A stretch of 64,000 bases of DNA, taken from contig CBDCTK010000002.1 in NCBI GenBank assembly GCA_965222225.1, positions 1,152,001 to 1,216,000 on the forward strand, in the 5' to 3' direction. The DNA comes from Candidatus Poribacteria bacterium (lineage in GTDB: Bacteria > Poribacteria > WGA-4E > JAJDTR01). The notes under the pieces are model-generated. The model saw nothing but the letters and a program-made list of their open reading frames with translations. It ran no database searches and had not been told where the DNA came from. The position numbers were made by a program, and so were the translations under genes. Below, in pieces: positions 46,544-57,210 of the stretch (position 1 is the stretch's first letter; each line of letters starts with the position of its first letter).

Positions 46544-46847
46544 TCGCCTGGAAATTGGGTTGCTGTGTTATCGGGCAACTGCATCCGTTCAACCGAAAAT
46601 GCCCACCGCTCACCGCATGCGAACTTATCTTATGATACTCTATCTATAGTCGAACAAACAATTGGAATCGGATGGCTACAGCCATCCTTCAAATTCCAAA
46701 TCCGCAAAAGATCTCTGGAGATTTTAGCAAGAACGAATCTCTTTATGAACGCATCGTCTTAGAACTCTACATCGATCCACATCGGGATTGCACCGCCTGT
46801 GTGAGAATTAACCCGGCGCTTGATTCGCTCCATCCGAAATTACCGGT

Positions 46848-46876
46848 TTGACTTCTTATCGCGTTTGATGTATTAT
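46848..46876 (+). promoter_or_regulatory. Putative sigma70 promoter for the NUDIX gene
   Basis: TTGACT-N17-TATTAT, 31 bp upstream of the start. Confidence 0.5.
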
Positions 46877-46907
46877 TGTTAGGCGAAATCTTCTCAGGAA
46901 TTCAATC

Positions 46908-47444
46908 GTGACCGACACAAATCAAGACAATTCTCATGCCCATGATGATGCTGGGACCCAGTTTCGTTTTTGCCCAAAATGCGCAGCGCGACTCGAAGAT
47001 CGGTTCATAGAACAGCGCCGTCGCCAAGCATGCACGGCATGTGATTTTATCTTCTATCGAGATCCCAAGCCGGTAGCGGGAATATTAGCGCTGAAAGACG
47101 GGAAGATTCTGCTGATTCAACGTGGAAACGAACCTAAACGCGGTTTCTGGAGTTTTCCAACCGGTTTCATTGACATCGGCGACACGCCGGAAGAGACTGC
47201 AATTCGTGAAGCCAAAGAAGAAGCGGACGTTGAGGTAGAACTAGACCGGCTTTTGGGTGTTTACTCCGACATGGAGCGGACAGTCGTGTTAATTGTGTAT
47301 GTCGGCAGGATTGTTTCCGGTGCCCCAAAGGGAAGTGCAGAAGCGCTTGACGCTAGTTTGTTTGATTTCCAATCCCTACCAGAACTCGCATTTGACCATG
47401 ATTATCGGATTCTGGGGGACTTGTTTGACGCGATGATGAAATGA
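46908..47444 (+). CDS. NUDIX hydrolase with N-terminal zinc ribbon
   Basis: FCPKC...CTAC and Nudix box GFIDIGDTPEETAIREAKEEAD. Confidence 0.9.
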   Translation: MTDTNQDNSHAHDDAGTQFRFCPKCAARLEDRFIEQRRRQACTACDFIFYRDPKPVAGILALKDGKILLIQRGNEPKRGFWSFPTGFIDIGDTPEETAIREAKEEADVEVELDRLLGVYSDMERTVVLIVYVGRIVSGAPKGSAEALDASLFDFQSLPELAFDHDYRILGDLFDAMMK

Positions 47445-47537
47445 CGCAAAACTACGTTCTCAGTGGTGAAAAACCGCTGGCAGCATGCCGGAAGAATGAC
47501 CATTAGGCAAAATATCTTCTGTGTAAGGAGACAGTGA

Positions 47538-48887
47538 ATGCCAACAATTCTGGAAAAATATGCGGAAGCGTTTCAGAGGCACGAAGAATTGTCGCGCCAA
47601 GCGAGTCAGATTTTTCCTGACGGTGTCACACATGACAGTCGGCACGCAGATCCATTTCCTATTTATATTGATCGAGCAGAGGGATCGAAGAAGTGGGGTG
47701 TTGACGGGACAGAGTTCATCGATTACTGGGCTGGCCATGGCGCCCTACTGTTAGGTCATGGTCATCCCGCAATTGTCAACGCGGTGAAACACCAGATGGA
47801 ACGAGGCACTCACTACGGTGCATGTCATCCGCTTGAACTCGAGTGGGCAGGCTTGGTGAAGGAGCTCATCCCGTCCGCCGAGCGCGTGCGTTTTGTAAGT
47901 TCAGGCACGGAAGCCACTTTGATGGGGTTACGTCTGTCGCGTACTTTTACCGGAAAAAACAAGCTGTTAAAATTTGCGGGACATTTTCACGGTTGGCACG
48001 ATTTTGTCATTCAGGATGCGCAGCCACCCTTTGGGAAAGCCGTCCCTGGTATTCCGCCAGAAGTTCTAGACACAACCGTGATTTGCCCGCCAAACGACAT
48101 CGCCGCGGTTGATAGGTGTTTGCAAACGGATTCGGACATTGCTTGTATTATTTTAGAGCCGACAGGTGGTTCCTCTGGAACAATTCCGACCAAAGGCGAG
48201 TTCTTACGACAACTGCGCGAAGTCACTCATCATTATGGCGTTGTCTTGATCTTTGACGAGGTGATTACCGGTTTTCGAGTGGCGCCCGGAGGGGCGCAAG
48301 ATTACTACGGCGTTACCCCGGATTTAACGAGTCTAGCCAAAATCGTGGCGGGGGGGCTGCCCGGCGGCGCTCTCGTCGGCAAGAAGGAAATCTTAAACCT
48401 GATATCGATTAGAGAGCAGGACGCCTCCGACGAGCGCAAGAAAATGCCCCACCCTGGAACTTTCAACGCCAATCCCCTAACTGCATCCGCCGCAATCGCA
48501 ATGTTAAACATTGTTAAAACAGGCGAACCCCACCGACACGTAAATCGTACGGCTGCCGACTTGCGAGACGGATTCAACGATGTCATAGACAGACACGGTC
48601 TCGATTGGGCATCTTACGGCGATTTTTCGTGCATCAAGATGCTTCTCGGACACGGGGAGAAGGTCCGTGCCAAAGACTTCAACCCACATGAATGGGACTA
48701 TCGTAGATTGAAAACCGCGAGTCAGCCTGACCTGATGATGAATCTACGCTGTGGCATGTTACTTAATGGAATTGATTTCCCCGGTAACGGTATGACAACG
48801 GCGGCTCACTCTGACGAAGATATCCAACAAACAGTCGCTGCGCTCGATCAAACCATCAACTGGATGAAAGAAGACGGACTGATATAA
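47538..48887 (+). CDS. Class III PLP aminotransferase (glutamate-1-semialdehyde aminomutase-like)
   Basis: RFVSSGTEA, FHGWHD, LIFDEVITGFR, LAKIVAGGLP, GTFNANP. Confidence 0.88.
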   Translation: MPTILEKYAEAFQRHEELSRQASQIFPDGVTHDSRHADPFPIYIDRAEGSKKWGVDGTEFIDYWAGHGALLLGHGHPAIVNAVKHQMERGTHYGACHPLELEWAGLVKELIPSAERVRFVSSGTEATLMGLRLSRTFTGKNKLLKFAGHFHGWHDFVIQDAQPPFGKAVPGIPPEVLDTTVICPPNDIAAVDRCLQTDSDIACIILEPTGGSSGTIPTKGEFLRQLREVTHHYGVVLIFDEVITGFRVAPGGAQDYYGVTPDLTSLAKIVAGGLPGGALVGKKEILNLISIREQDASDERKKMPHPGTFNANPLTASAAIAMLNIVKTGEPHRHVNRTAADLRDGFNDVIDRHGLDWASYGDFSCIKMLLGHGEKVRAKDFNPHEWDYRRLKTASQPDLMMNLRCGMLLNGIDFPGNGMTTAAHSDEDIQQTVAALDQTINWMKEDGLI

Positions 48888-49342
48888 TGTGAAACCAACC
48901 ACCAATTGGCGAGAACCGGGTTTATACCATTTCCTTTGAATAATATTGCGTATGATGTTTTTCAAATATACTGTTATGAAAAGACCGATACCAACCATTA
49001 CCCAGCACACCAAATCCCGTAGGCGGGGATCAAGCGAACGGATAGTGAGTGCGATAGAGATCTTCTTGCCCCGCATTGGTAAGATTTGATTAACGCTATT
49101 AATGCACTTCAAATATAGAGAAATGGCATTAATAACCTAGAAAACCGTTACTAAATACGTGGCTTCCCGAATTGACATAGCGGGCTCAAGGCCTAGAGTT
49201 GCGATTTAATCCTAAGTTGCCCGGTATTTTTCATCAGACCTTCAAAGCCCAGTGTGTTGATAAATACGAAATGGCACTTCGGGGTTACAATCTCAGTCTT
49301 CCCTCGTTTCCCCTATGTACAAATTGAGCTAATAAGAGAGAA

Positions 49343-49843
49343 TTGTATCAGATGAACGCGGATGAAAAACAGGCAAAAGAGGAGGCACTGTTGTATTGGC
49401 AGGAGGCGCTAGAGTATCAAATGCGCGGGGAATTAGCCGATGCAATTGAGCTATACCTGAAATCTATCCAACTTCATCCCACTGCCGAAGCACACACCTA
49501 TCTCGGTTGGGCGTATTCTATGATGGGACGAATCCATGACGCGATTGATGAGTGCAAAGAAGCCATCGCAATCGATCCCGATTTCGGCAACCCATACAAC
49601 GACATCGGCGCATCTCTGATAGAACTCGGTGAACACGATGCGGCGATACCTTGGCTTGAGAAAGCGATTGTCGCTCCCCGGTATGAGGCACGGGCGCACC
49701 CCTTCATGAACCTTGGGCGGGTTTTTGAACACCGATTCGAGTGGTCGAAAGCCATTGCAAGTTACAGACGGGCGTTGGAGGAAAGTCCCGATTACAAAAT
49801 AGCGCTTGTAGCGATGAAGAAACTGCAAGCGAAGCTGAATTGA
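49343..49843 (+). CDS. TPR-repeat protein
   Basis: PTAEAHTYLGWAYS, IDPDFGNPYNDIG, HPFMNLGR TPR units. Confidence 0.85.
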   Translation: MYQMNADEKQAKEEALLYWQEALEYQMRGELADAIELYLKSIQLHPTAEAHTYLGWAYSMMGRIHDAIDECKEAIAIDPDFGNPYNDIGASLIELGEHDAAIPWLEKAIVAPRYEARAHPFMNLGRVFEHRFEWSKAIASYRRALEESPDYKIALVAMKKLQAKLN

Positions 49844-49971
49844 ACCCGCCTCTAGAACTCACCGCTAATAGCTTCTGACAGAATCAGTTTAAGTCTGAGA
49901 GCAGGGCAACCAATACTTCGTCCCAGAAGTGTCGTACAACTAATTATATTCCCACCATAGCACAGGTTAAC

Positions 49972-51621
49972 GTGACCCCGTTGCACGGTGCCACCGCATC
50001 GCCAAATAATACTTTTTCCCCACGAAGAGACAACGCCATGAACGCAAAAATAAAGGGTTGTGCCGATGCTCCCAAAACTCGGGCGTTTGCCGACCGTAAG
50101 CGAGAGCGCCATCCTACTTTCGAGCCAGAGGCATTCCGCCAACTAACCGGCACCGACCTAATTGCGTCGAAGATTGGCTACGGCTCCTACCGCGTTGACC
50201 ACCGATTCGATGAACATACAGCAACCCTTCACAAAGCGATTCAAGCCGGCTGTAATCTAATTGATACTTCAAGCAACTACACCGATGGAGGCAGCGAAAC
50301 GTTGATTGGGAATGTCTTGAGCGAACAGATTTCGGCAGGGAAAATTGAGCGAAGCGAGATTGTCGTTGTTTCGAAGGTTGGCTACATTCAGGGGCAGAAT
50401 CTAGACGAAGCAATGCGGCGTGAAGGAGATGGAGAACCTTGGGAAGAGGTTGTCAAGTACATGGATGGGTGTTGGCATTGTATTCACCCCGATTTCCTTG
50501 CGGATCAGTGGAGGCGTAGTTCGGACCGGCTGCAGCTCGAGACTATCGACATTTACCTGCTGCATAATCCGGAATACTTTCTCTCGGATTCGCACAAACG
50601 AAGCCCTCGCGCTAATCTTGATGAGATTCGGGACATCTTTTATGATCGTATTTGCCGTGCATTCGTACAAATGGAACAATTCGTGGAGGAGGGTAAAATT
50701 CGTTACTATGGCATATCATCCAACACCTTCCCTTCGCCAAAAGGGGACTTTGAACACGTTTCCCTCCAGCGCTGTTATGACGCCGCTTGCGACGCGGCGA
50801 GAAGGGCACATGGTACTCAAGGTGAGAACTACTTCAAAATTCTCCAACTCCCGTATAATCTTTTTGAACATACCGCGTTATCGGAGTTCAACAACACAAT
50901 CAATGGAAATGATATGACGGTGCTTGAGGGGGCAAAAGCACTTGGGATTGGTGTGTTGGTGAATCGTCCACTCAATGCTGTGAAAGGCAATCAGATGGTA
51001 CGTCTAGCACAGTATCCTCACAATCCTGAGCTTGATTATCAGGATGCAATTGACAATGAGGTCCGAGCGCTTGATAAGACGGAAAATCGGTTGCAAATGA
51101 CGTTGAAGGATTGGGGGATTTTTTCTCAATTGAGCACGTCGGCTAACTCGACGCTGTTTTATGACCTCGCACAAAAGCTGCCTAGATTCATGCCCCAAAT
51201 TCAAAACCGAGACCACTGGGAGCAAATTGCTCAACAATACCTGATTCCCCTGATTCACACCTATCTGGGCCAAACGATTGAAGCATGCCCAGATACTCGT
51301 CAAGCCGAGTGGCGAGACATGCAGGGGGAATATGTCGGAGCAATTAATAGGTTGCTTTCACTCGTCTCGGGTAATTTCAATCGCATGGCATCAGTGCAGA
51401 TGGAACCGATCTCAAAGGCATTGAATCAATTGCTGGCAAACCAAGAAAGAAAGCTAACCTTATCGCAAAAAGCGCTGAACTTTGTCACTTCATCGCCAGG
51501 GGTGTCGGTGGTGTTGAACGGGATGAAACGCGGCGAATATGTCGCCGATGCCATGGGGTTACTGAGCATTCCGGCTTTTACACAGTCAGTCGAGAACCTG
51601 ATAAAAGCCATTGAAGAATGA
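49972..51621 (+). CDS. Aldo/keto reductase family protein with C-terminal extension
   Basis: IGYGSYR, NLIDTSSNYTDGGSE, SKVG, IDIYLLHNPE, GKIRYYGIS, QLPYNL. The start may be 50038. Confidence 0.88.
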   Translation: MTPLHGATASPNNTFSPRRDNAMNAKIKGCADAPKTRAFADRKRERHPTFEPEAFRQLTGTDLIASKIGYGSYRVDHRFDEHTATLHKAIQAGCNLIDTSSNYTDGGSETLIGNVLSEQISAGKIERSEIVVVSKVGYIQGQNLDEAMRREGDGEPWEEVVKYMDGCWHCIHPDFLADQWRRSSDRLQLETIDIYLLHNPEYFLSDSHKRSPRANLDEIRDIFYDRICRAFVQMEQFVEEGKIRYYGISSNTFPSPKGDFEHVSLQRCYDAACDAARRAHGTQGENYFKILQLPYNLFEHTALSEFNNTINGNDMTVLEGAKALGIGVLVNRPLNAVKGNQMVRLAQYPHNPELDYQDAIDNEVRALDKTENRLQMTLKDWGIFSQLSTSANSTLFYDLAQKLPRFMPQIQNRDHWEQIAQQYLIPLIHTYLGQTIEACPDTRQAEWRDMQGEYVGAINRLLSLVSGNFNRMASVQMEPISKALNQLLANQERKLTLSQKALNFVTSSPGVSVVLNGMKRGEYVADAMGLLSIPAFTQSVENLIKAIEE

Positions 51622-52034
51622 GACGTTAGCTCACCACCATCAGCTTGTCGTCTTTGATGTTTCAATGGGCGTCTACGAGATTCATTTCCTAATCAACATT
51701 CTGAAGAGCGGACTGAAAAATAAAGTATCAATCAAATTAGACGAGATGTTTACGCCGACAATAGAACGGGGATGCCTCCAGACCGTGCGATGAACACTGG
51801 AAACACGGCGGTAGCACTCACTGACGCGATGAAATACGGGTTGAAACTTGATTGATGAGGCATCCAATCTTAATGAAAATCAAGAAAGATAAAAACATTA
51901 GGGACTTAGTAGTTAACTGCTTTTTGGTCGATTTGCTTGCTTTTCTCTTCTTAATGTACAATCATTTTAGACAGTGTTCGGAATCTTGATTCACACTAAA
52001 ATACATCTCTATAAGAGAGAAATGGAGGCATATC

Positions 52035-52157
52035 ATGTTGACCAAGCGTTTGTACATGCTCGCGGGAGCATTGCGGGTTATCTGCGGGATTTTAATTTCC
52101 AACACTATGGGATTTTCAGCACACCATGATGTTGTCGTTGACAGAATATACCGATAG
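52035..52157 (+). pseudogene. Truncated 40-aa passenger ORF resembling the N-terminus of the secreted family at 58675/59951
   Basis: GGAGG RBS. MLTKRLYMLAGALRVICGILISNTMGFSAHHDVVVDRIYR shares the K..Y..GA....G.L.S....A..D..D.I.R pattern. Confidence 0.45.
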
Positions 52158-52175
52158 CCAAACAATTCATGTGGC

Positions 52176-53030
52176 TCAGGTGAAGCATTCATCAAAAAAT
52201 CTTATGAAAATCTCATCATCTTTTCTGCGATTATATTTCCAGCAAGACTCCATGATATACAGTGGCAGCCACTTCTTGCTGTAGTGATGATGCGTTCCGT
52301 AGAATGACCTCTTGACACAAGCCCAAAACGACTCGATGGTGTTGGTGTGAGTTACGCCGTCCTCAGAAACATATCTCTCTTGGTGATGGATAACATGTCT
52401 TTCGATATCTTCGTCCAGACTATTGTAAGAGCGAAATTCATCAGTCATAAGAATAGACTCATCGGGTGAGACATTGCTAAGGATGAATTCTCTGATATTT
52501 TCACCAGATAGAACCTTCATGAATTTAGCAACCACCCGACCGCCTCTCTCGACTACGCCGATGACGGGAGATTTATTTGTGCCTCTACCTCTCTTAGATT
52601 TTGCTCTGGGTTTGCCGCCGACATAGGTTTCGTCCGCTTCAACTATCCCTTTCAGCAATTCATCACTATCACTCATTTTCTCACGGAGGCGCATTGCCAT
52701 ATACCAAGCGGACTTTTGATTCATGTCCAAGTCACGAGCAAGCTGACAACTCGATATGCTTTTCTTGGCATTGGAAAGAATTGAGATAGCCAAAAACCAT
52801 TTCTGGAGAGGTATCTTGGTACCATGGAAGATGGTTCCTGCTGTAGCCGAAAAGCTAGATTCACAATCGTAGCAATTCCAACCAGTAGTAATGTCGTTTT
52901 TGTTCTTGCGTCCAACTTTTTCACTGCCACAGTGGATACAGCAAACACCGTCCTTCCAACGTTTTTCCTCTATAAATCTGAGACAAGATTCTTGATTTGG
53001 AAACTCTTTCATAAGATTCAAAATGTCCAT
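52176..53030 (-). CDS. IS1595-family (ISXO2-like) transposase
   Basis: Zn ribbon CIHC...CYDC, HTH SSCQLARDL, DDE-type motifs VEADETYVGG, MTDE, HTNTIESFW. Confidence 0.93.
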   Translation of the reverse strand: MDILNLMKEFPNQESCLRFIEEKRWKDGVCCIHCGSEKVGRKNKNDITTGWNCYDCESSFSATAGTIFHGTKIPLQKWFLAISILSNAKKSISSCQLARDLDMNQKSAWYMAMRLREKMSDSDELLKGIVEADETYVGGKPRAKSKRGRGTNKSPVIGVVERGGRVVAKFMKVLSGENIREFILSNVSPDESILMTDEFRSYNSLDEDIERHVIHHQERYVSEDGVTHTNTIESFWACVKRSFYGTHHHYSKKWLPLYIMESCWKYNRRKDDEIFIRFFDECFT

Positions 53031-53975
53031 AGCAAACTCCTACGAGAAGAATAGTCACTATGGACATCTACGTGTGACGAAAAGATTTACGACAGGGTAC
53101 CAAGTTTTATGTTTGTCGTCAGTCTAAAAGCTACAAGCTACTAATTCCGAAACATTATTAAGCAATTCGCGGCGTATCTGCGAGAAAACGGGTATTCAGA
53201 TCTTAAGATCGATCGATGGCCGGATGAAGAGAATTCGACAACCCCCGACATTGACGCAGTTGCCGGGCCGTTTGCGATTGAGCACACAAGCATTGATACA
53301 TACTCGAATCAACGCAAATATGAGGATTGGTTCTTGCAAGCCATTGACAATCTTAAATCAGAATTGGCTGGACAACTCACATTTAACCTGTTGGTAACTT
53401 TTAGGCATGAAGAATTTACCCAACGCCAAAACTGGCTAACAATTCGTAACGCACTAAAGCGTTTTATTCTTGAAGATGTCCCCCACCTCGGGTCGGGAGA
53501 CCACGAGTTCGACGACATTCCAAGTATTCCCTTCACTGTTCGTGTGAAAAAGTGTAGCCAACCTCCGTTCTGTCTTTGGTTTCAGCGGTCTTGTCCCGAA
53601 GAATTGAGTCCTGGATTACCCCCGAGTCAAGTCAATACGCGACCGCCTGTTACTGGTAACTTTAGGGCACAGCTTGAAAAAAAGGCGGAGAAACTCGCTC
53701 CGTACAAGATTTGTGCGAAGACTACGGTATCCTCATTGAGAGCGGTGATTACGCCTTCATGACCCGTCGGATAATGCTGAGTTGGATAAAGGGGGAATTC
53801 CCCAACGATCTTCCTGATGGAGTAGAACAGATATGGTACGCCGCTAGATATAATGACTCGGACTTCGACTTTAAGGATTTCACTTCGGATATAAGGCGCA
53901 GTTATTGACGCGATGCAAAAGCGGATTGAAAAACAAGCCTTTGGATAGGCCACAGCATGTGAGGAGAATTAAAAG

Positions 53976-55883
53976 GTGCAAACGACGAATGTTCAAGTAA
54001 ACTCCATGTTTGGTAATGATGTGCAGTACATAATTCCTCTTTTTCAGCGACACTACGTCTGGGGTCAGGCAGGACAGTGGACACCTTTGTGGAAGGATAT
54101 AAAGGACAAGGCTTACCATAGGCTGTCTGAATCTCAAAGAGATCAGTTCTCTCATTTTACGGGTGCTATCGTCATACAGCAAAAACAGACTAATGTGGAC
54201 GAAGTACAAAAATACGAAATTATTGACGGACAGCAGCGCCTAACAACCTTTCAGGTCATCCTTTGCGCTATCAGAGATGTATGCAATTCATGCGGATTTG
54301 AGAAAATTGGGGCGGAGGCAGTTCGACACATGCTAAATCAAGGAACACTGTTAGACAACTCAGACAGTGAGAAATACAAACTTCTCCCGACAGAGTTTGA
54401 TAGGGCTCCATTCATCTCATTGACTGATGGGCGTGTAGATGAGAGCAGCGGACGAATTTGTATAGCCTATAATTATTTTAAGAAAGAAATCGAAGATTAT
54501 GTGAACCGTGATAGGAACAAGACGCTTGCCCTGTTTCGCTCTATCTTAAACGACTTTGGTTTTGTCCAGATACTGCTTGATGCAGGGGACGAGCCCGAGA
54601 GAATTTTTGAATCGCTCAATGCAAGGGCTAAACCTCTACTTCAATTTGATTTGCTCAGGAACAATCTGTTTCTAAGGGCTCGAATTGAAGAAGGTAGAGA
54701 TAGGCTATATGAAGACTATTGGAAGCATTTCGAAAGTACGTACTGGGAAAAAGAAGTAACGGTTGGGAGAGAGAAGATGATGCTTTCTGAACGATTTTTC
54801 CAACACTATCTTATGGCAAGACTCGGTGAGGTGAGCGTTAGCCCACTGTTTAGTGTATATCAAGAACGGCTTGCACAAAACGAGGGAGTCGAACAAGAAC
54901 TGTCAGCGCTAAAACAATATTCAGAGATTTATCAAGAAATGACAGATTGCTCCCCTGATTCCGAAATTGGGCAGGCGATGTCATTTTACAATACCTTTGA
55001 TATTACCTCTTTGCACCCATTTATACTTTTCGCGATAAATGAGTTAAGAGTGTCTGGCTCAGATCTCTCCTTAGTTTTCCAGATTTTAGAGTCTTATACC
55101 ATGCGTCGTCTACTGTGTAACACATCAGGCGCTAAGAACTATAACAGACTCTTTTCTAAATTGATTCAGAGGCTGAAAGGAAGGCGTTTTGACGTGGGGC
55201 AATTCTTAAAGTTGCTATCTGATGAAAAGGCACACTCGAATTGGTGGCCGAGTAATCGTGAGGTTTCCAATACTATGTGCTGGATTACGGATACAAAGGC
55301 TAATCGTTACATTTTGTATCGGATTGAATTAAAGAAACGAGTAGAGAACCAATCGCTTGAAAGCAACGAGTTGGACTTTAACAACCCGCTGAGTTTAGAA
55401 CATATAATGCCCCAAAAATGGGAGAACACATGGTCTTTACCGCTGCTGGCGGATGGCGACCCTCCTGACTTGAATCCTCTGTATGATTGCAAGGAGAGAA
55501 TTCTTTACAAGAACTTATTTCATAATGAATACCGCGAGAATAACCCAGAATGGAAAACGAACCCGTTAGAGGAGGGATTGGCTGACGAATCGTACAAATC
55601 AGCACTGATGGTCGCAGGATTCAGACGTGAGGATTTACACCACTTTGGTAACCTAACGCTTGTCACAGGATCACTTAATTCCAGTCTGTCAAACAGACCA
55701 TTTTCTGAGAAGAAATCGGGGTTATTTCAAAACTCACTGCTGGTTTTGAACAGAGAAATTTGTGAGTACGATACCTGGGATATTCCGCAAATCGCACATC
55801 GTACGAGCGACTTGTGTAACTATTTCTACTCAATATGGCCATCTGCGGAGAGTTTTGCGGAAAGCATTGGAGAACCATTATAG
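53976..55883 (+). CDS. DUF262-DUF1524 protein (GmrSD-like modification-dependent restriction endonuclease)
   Basis: IPLFQRHYVW, IIDGQQRLTT, IFESLNARAKPL (DUF262). SLEHIMPQ and GNLTLV...NSSLSN..F..KK (DUF1524 HNH). Confidence 0.9.
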   Translation: MQTTNVQVNSMFGNDVQYIIPLFQRHYVWGQAGQWTPLWKDIKDKAYHRLSESQRDQFSHFTGAIVIQQKQTNVDEVQKYEIIDGQQRLTTFQVILCAIRDVCNSCGFEKIGAEAVRHMLNQGTLLDNSDSEKYKLLPTEFDRAPFISLTDGRVDESSGRICIAYNYFKKEIEDYVNRDRNKTLALFRSILNDFGFVQILLDAGDEPERIFESLNARAKPLLQFDLLRNNLFLRARIEEGRDRLYEDYWKHFESTYWEKEVTVGREKMMLSERFFQHYLMARLGEVSVSPLFSVYQERLAQNEGVEQELSALKQYSEIYQEMTDCSPDSEIGQAMSFYNTFDITSLHPFILFAINELRVSGSDLSLVFQILESYTMRRLLCNTSGAKNYNRLFSKLIQRLKGRRFDVGQFLKLLSDEKAHSNWWPSNREVSNTMCWITDTKANRYILYRIELKKRVENQSLESNELDFNNPLSLEHIMPQKWENTWSLPLLADGDPPDLNPLYDCKERILYKNLFHNEYRENNPEWKTNPLEEGLADESYKSALMVAGFRREDLHHFGNLTLVTGSLNSSLSNRPFSEKKSGLFQNSLLVLNREICEYDTWDIPQIAHRTSDLCNYFYSIWPSAESFAESIGEPL

Positions 55884-56125
55884 CCTTTAAGTTCAAAACT
55901 GGCAGCATCTCCTTAGCCAAAGGAAGAAATCAGGTCGGCTCACAAACAGATGATTTAGTCTGTGAAGTACGGCGGAAATACTCACCACACGAACTACCAC
56001 TCCTAAGAAAGTGAGCGATCAGCCGACGGGATGATGAAAAGCGGACCGAAAGATGCCTGGAAAGGAGACTCACAAATAGGAAACAGCCACGCGCCGTTCC
56101 CCCAACCCCAAAAAGGGAAACACTT

Positions 56126-56614
56126 ATGTTCATTCACATCGCAGCCGGCAGCGCAACCGAAACTTTAATCAATCTTAACTTTGCTCTATCCATCACACTC
56201 CAATCCTATGAAAGCGGCTATCAACTTGTGGCAGATTTCACTAATAATTGCAAGCCGTTAAAGCATCTAGCATCTGAAGGTGAAAGAATCGTCATTCTGA
56301 GAGGACCTTGCACCAAAGAATATGCCGATATTCAACGAAACAAACTCTTGGCCCAAAGCCCGGAATACGACAGGTTTGCACGCAGCGTGGATGGCGTTTG
56401 TTTTGACCTACACGACATCGCTAGTGTCGTAAAATGGTACGACGATAGGAAGTGTGCTTTTCGTGTTACAGCCTACTTCGCATCTGACGTACGGAAATCA
56501 CCGTCCGCCCGCGCCAGCGCGGATTTGGAATGTCTTAGCAGCAAATGTGTTGCCAATGAGTTTTTTGGTGTTTTTGCAATTAAGTGCAGCGCAATCCGGT
56601 TAGAAGACGATTAA
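56126..56614 (+). CDS. Hypothetical protein
   Basis: 162-aa ORF with AAGGGA RBS. No family recognised. Confidence 0.55.
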   Translation: MFIHIAAGSATETLINLNFALSITLQSYESGYQLVADFTNNCKPLKHLASEGERIVILRGPCTKEYADIQRNKLLAQSPEYDRFARSVDGVCFDLHDIASVVKWYDDRKCAFRVTAYFASDVRKSPSARASADLECLSSKCVANEFFGVFAIKCSAIRLEDD

Positions 56615-56837
56615 CCCGCGACGCAGCTCCACCGGTAATCTCTCATAATCGGTCGCCATGCGTGACATCTTAGTCCGTATACCTCACTGGGCAGTAACCA
56701 TTTTTATTTGCACTATGTGCTTTCTCGGCATTGACCAAGCCAGCGAAAACGGGTACACACCTTGCCATAATCTGTTACGGCACACTAATTCTTGAGCGTT
56801 TCACATCATCTCTTAACCAAAAACAACAAGACACCGA

Positions 56838-57179
56838 ATGAACTTACGTTCTCAAACTAACCCCTGTCCTATGAACGCCGGCACCGTCGTCATAGTCATG
56901 GGCATCGCCACTTTCATCTCCATGCCAGGCAGTGAATTGATACGGGCATACGGGGGGTTCTGGTCTCTTTACATTTGGGGCATTATTGCCTGCATTTTCG
57001 CATTCGGCGGGATACTATTCATGCTGATACTCCGGGGCAAACGCTACAAATACAAACACGAAGCCATCTACGCCACAATCTTCACAATTCCCACAATCAT
57101 CGCGATGACCGGCTTACACCTATTAGCAAGCCATTACTTAAAACCATCATTAGCCCAATTGCTAGACCATATGATATAG
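56838..57179 (+). CDS. Hypothetical membrane protein (about 3 TM)
   Basis: 113-aa ORF with three hydrophobic segments. Confidence 0.55.
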   Translation: MNLRSQTNPCPMNAGTVVIVMGIATFISMPGSELIRAYGGFWSLYIWGIIACIFAFGGILFMLILRGKRYKYKHEAIYATIFTIPTIIAMTGLHLLASHYLKPSLAQLLDHMI

Positions 57180-57210
57180 CCTAAAAATCGAAGGCATAAG
57201 GAGAATAATC

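Larger units (their letters stand above)
51901..53149 (-). mobile_element. IS1595-family insertion sequence, 1249 bp
   Basis: Imperfect about 25-bp TIRs (GGGACTTAGTAGTTAACTGCTTTTT vs CGGAATTAGTAGCTTGTAGCTTTTA) flanked by the 8-bp direct repeat AAACATTA at 51893-51900 and 53150-53157. Confidence 0.88.
51873..53908 (+). pseudogene. Putative PD-(D/E)XK nuclease-like gene disrupted by IS1595 and by a frameshift near 53729
   Basis: Removing 51901-53157 restores MKIKKDKNIIKQFAAYLRENGYSDLKIDRWPDEENSTTPDIDAVAGPFAIEHTS..., continuous with ORF 53334-53762. The frame shifts to LIESGDYAFM..., ending at 53908. Confidence 0.7.

Noticed and set aside
48759-49112. 117-aa minus-strand ORF
   Set aside because: It overlaps the aminotransferase 3' end and has a weak start and no motif.
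56028-56056. Hammerhead-like ATGATGA...CGAAA
   Set aside because: It lacks the CUGAUGA core and stem II pairing.
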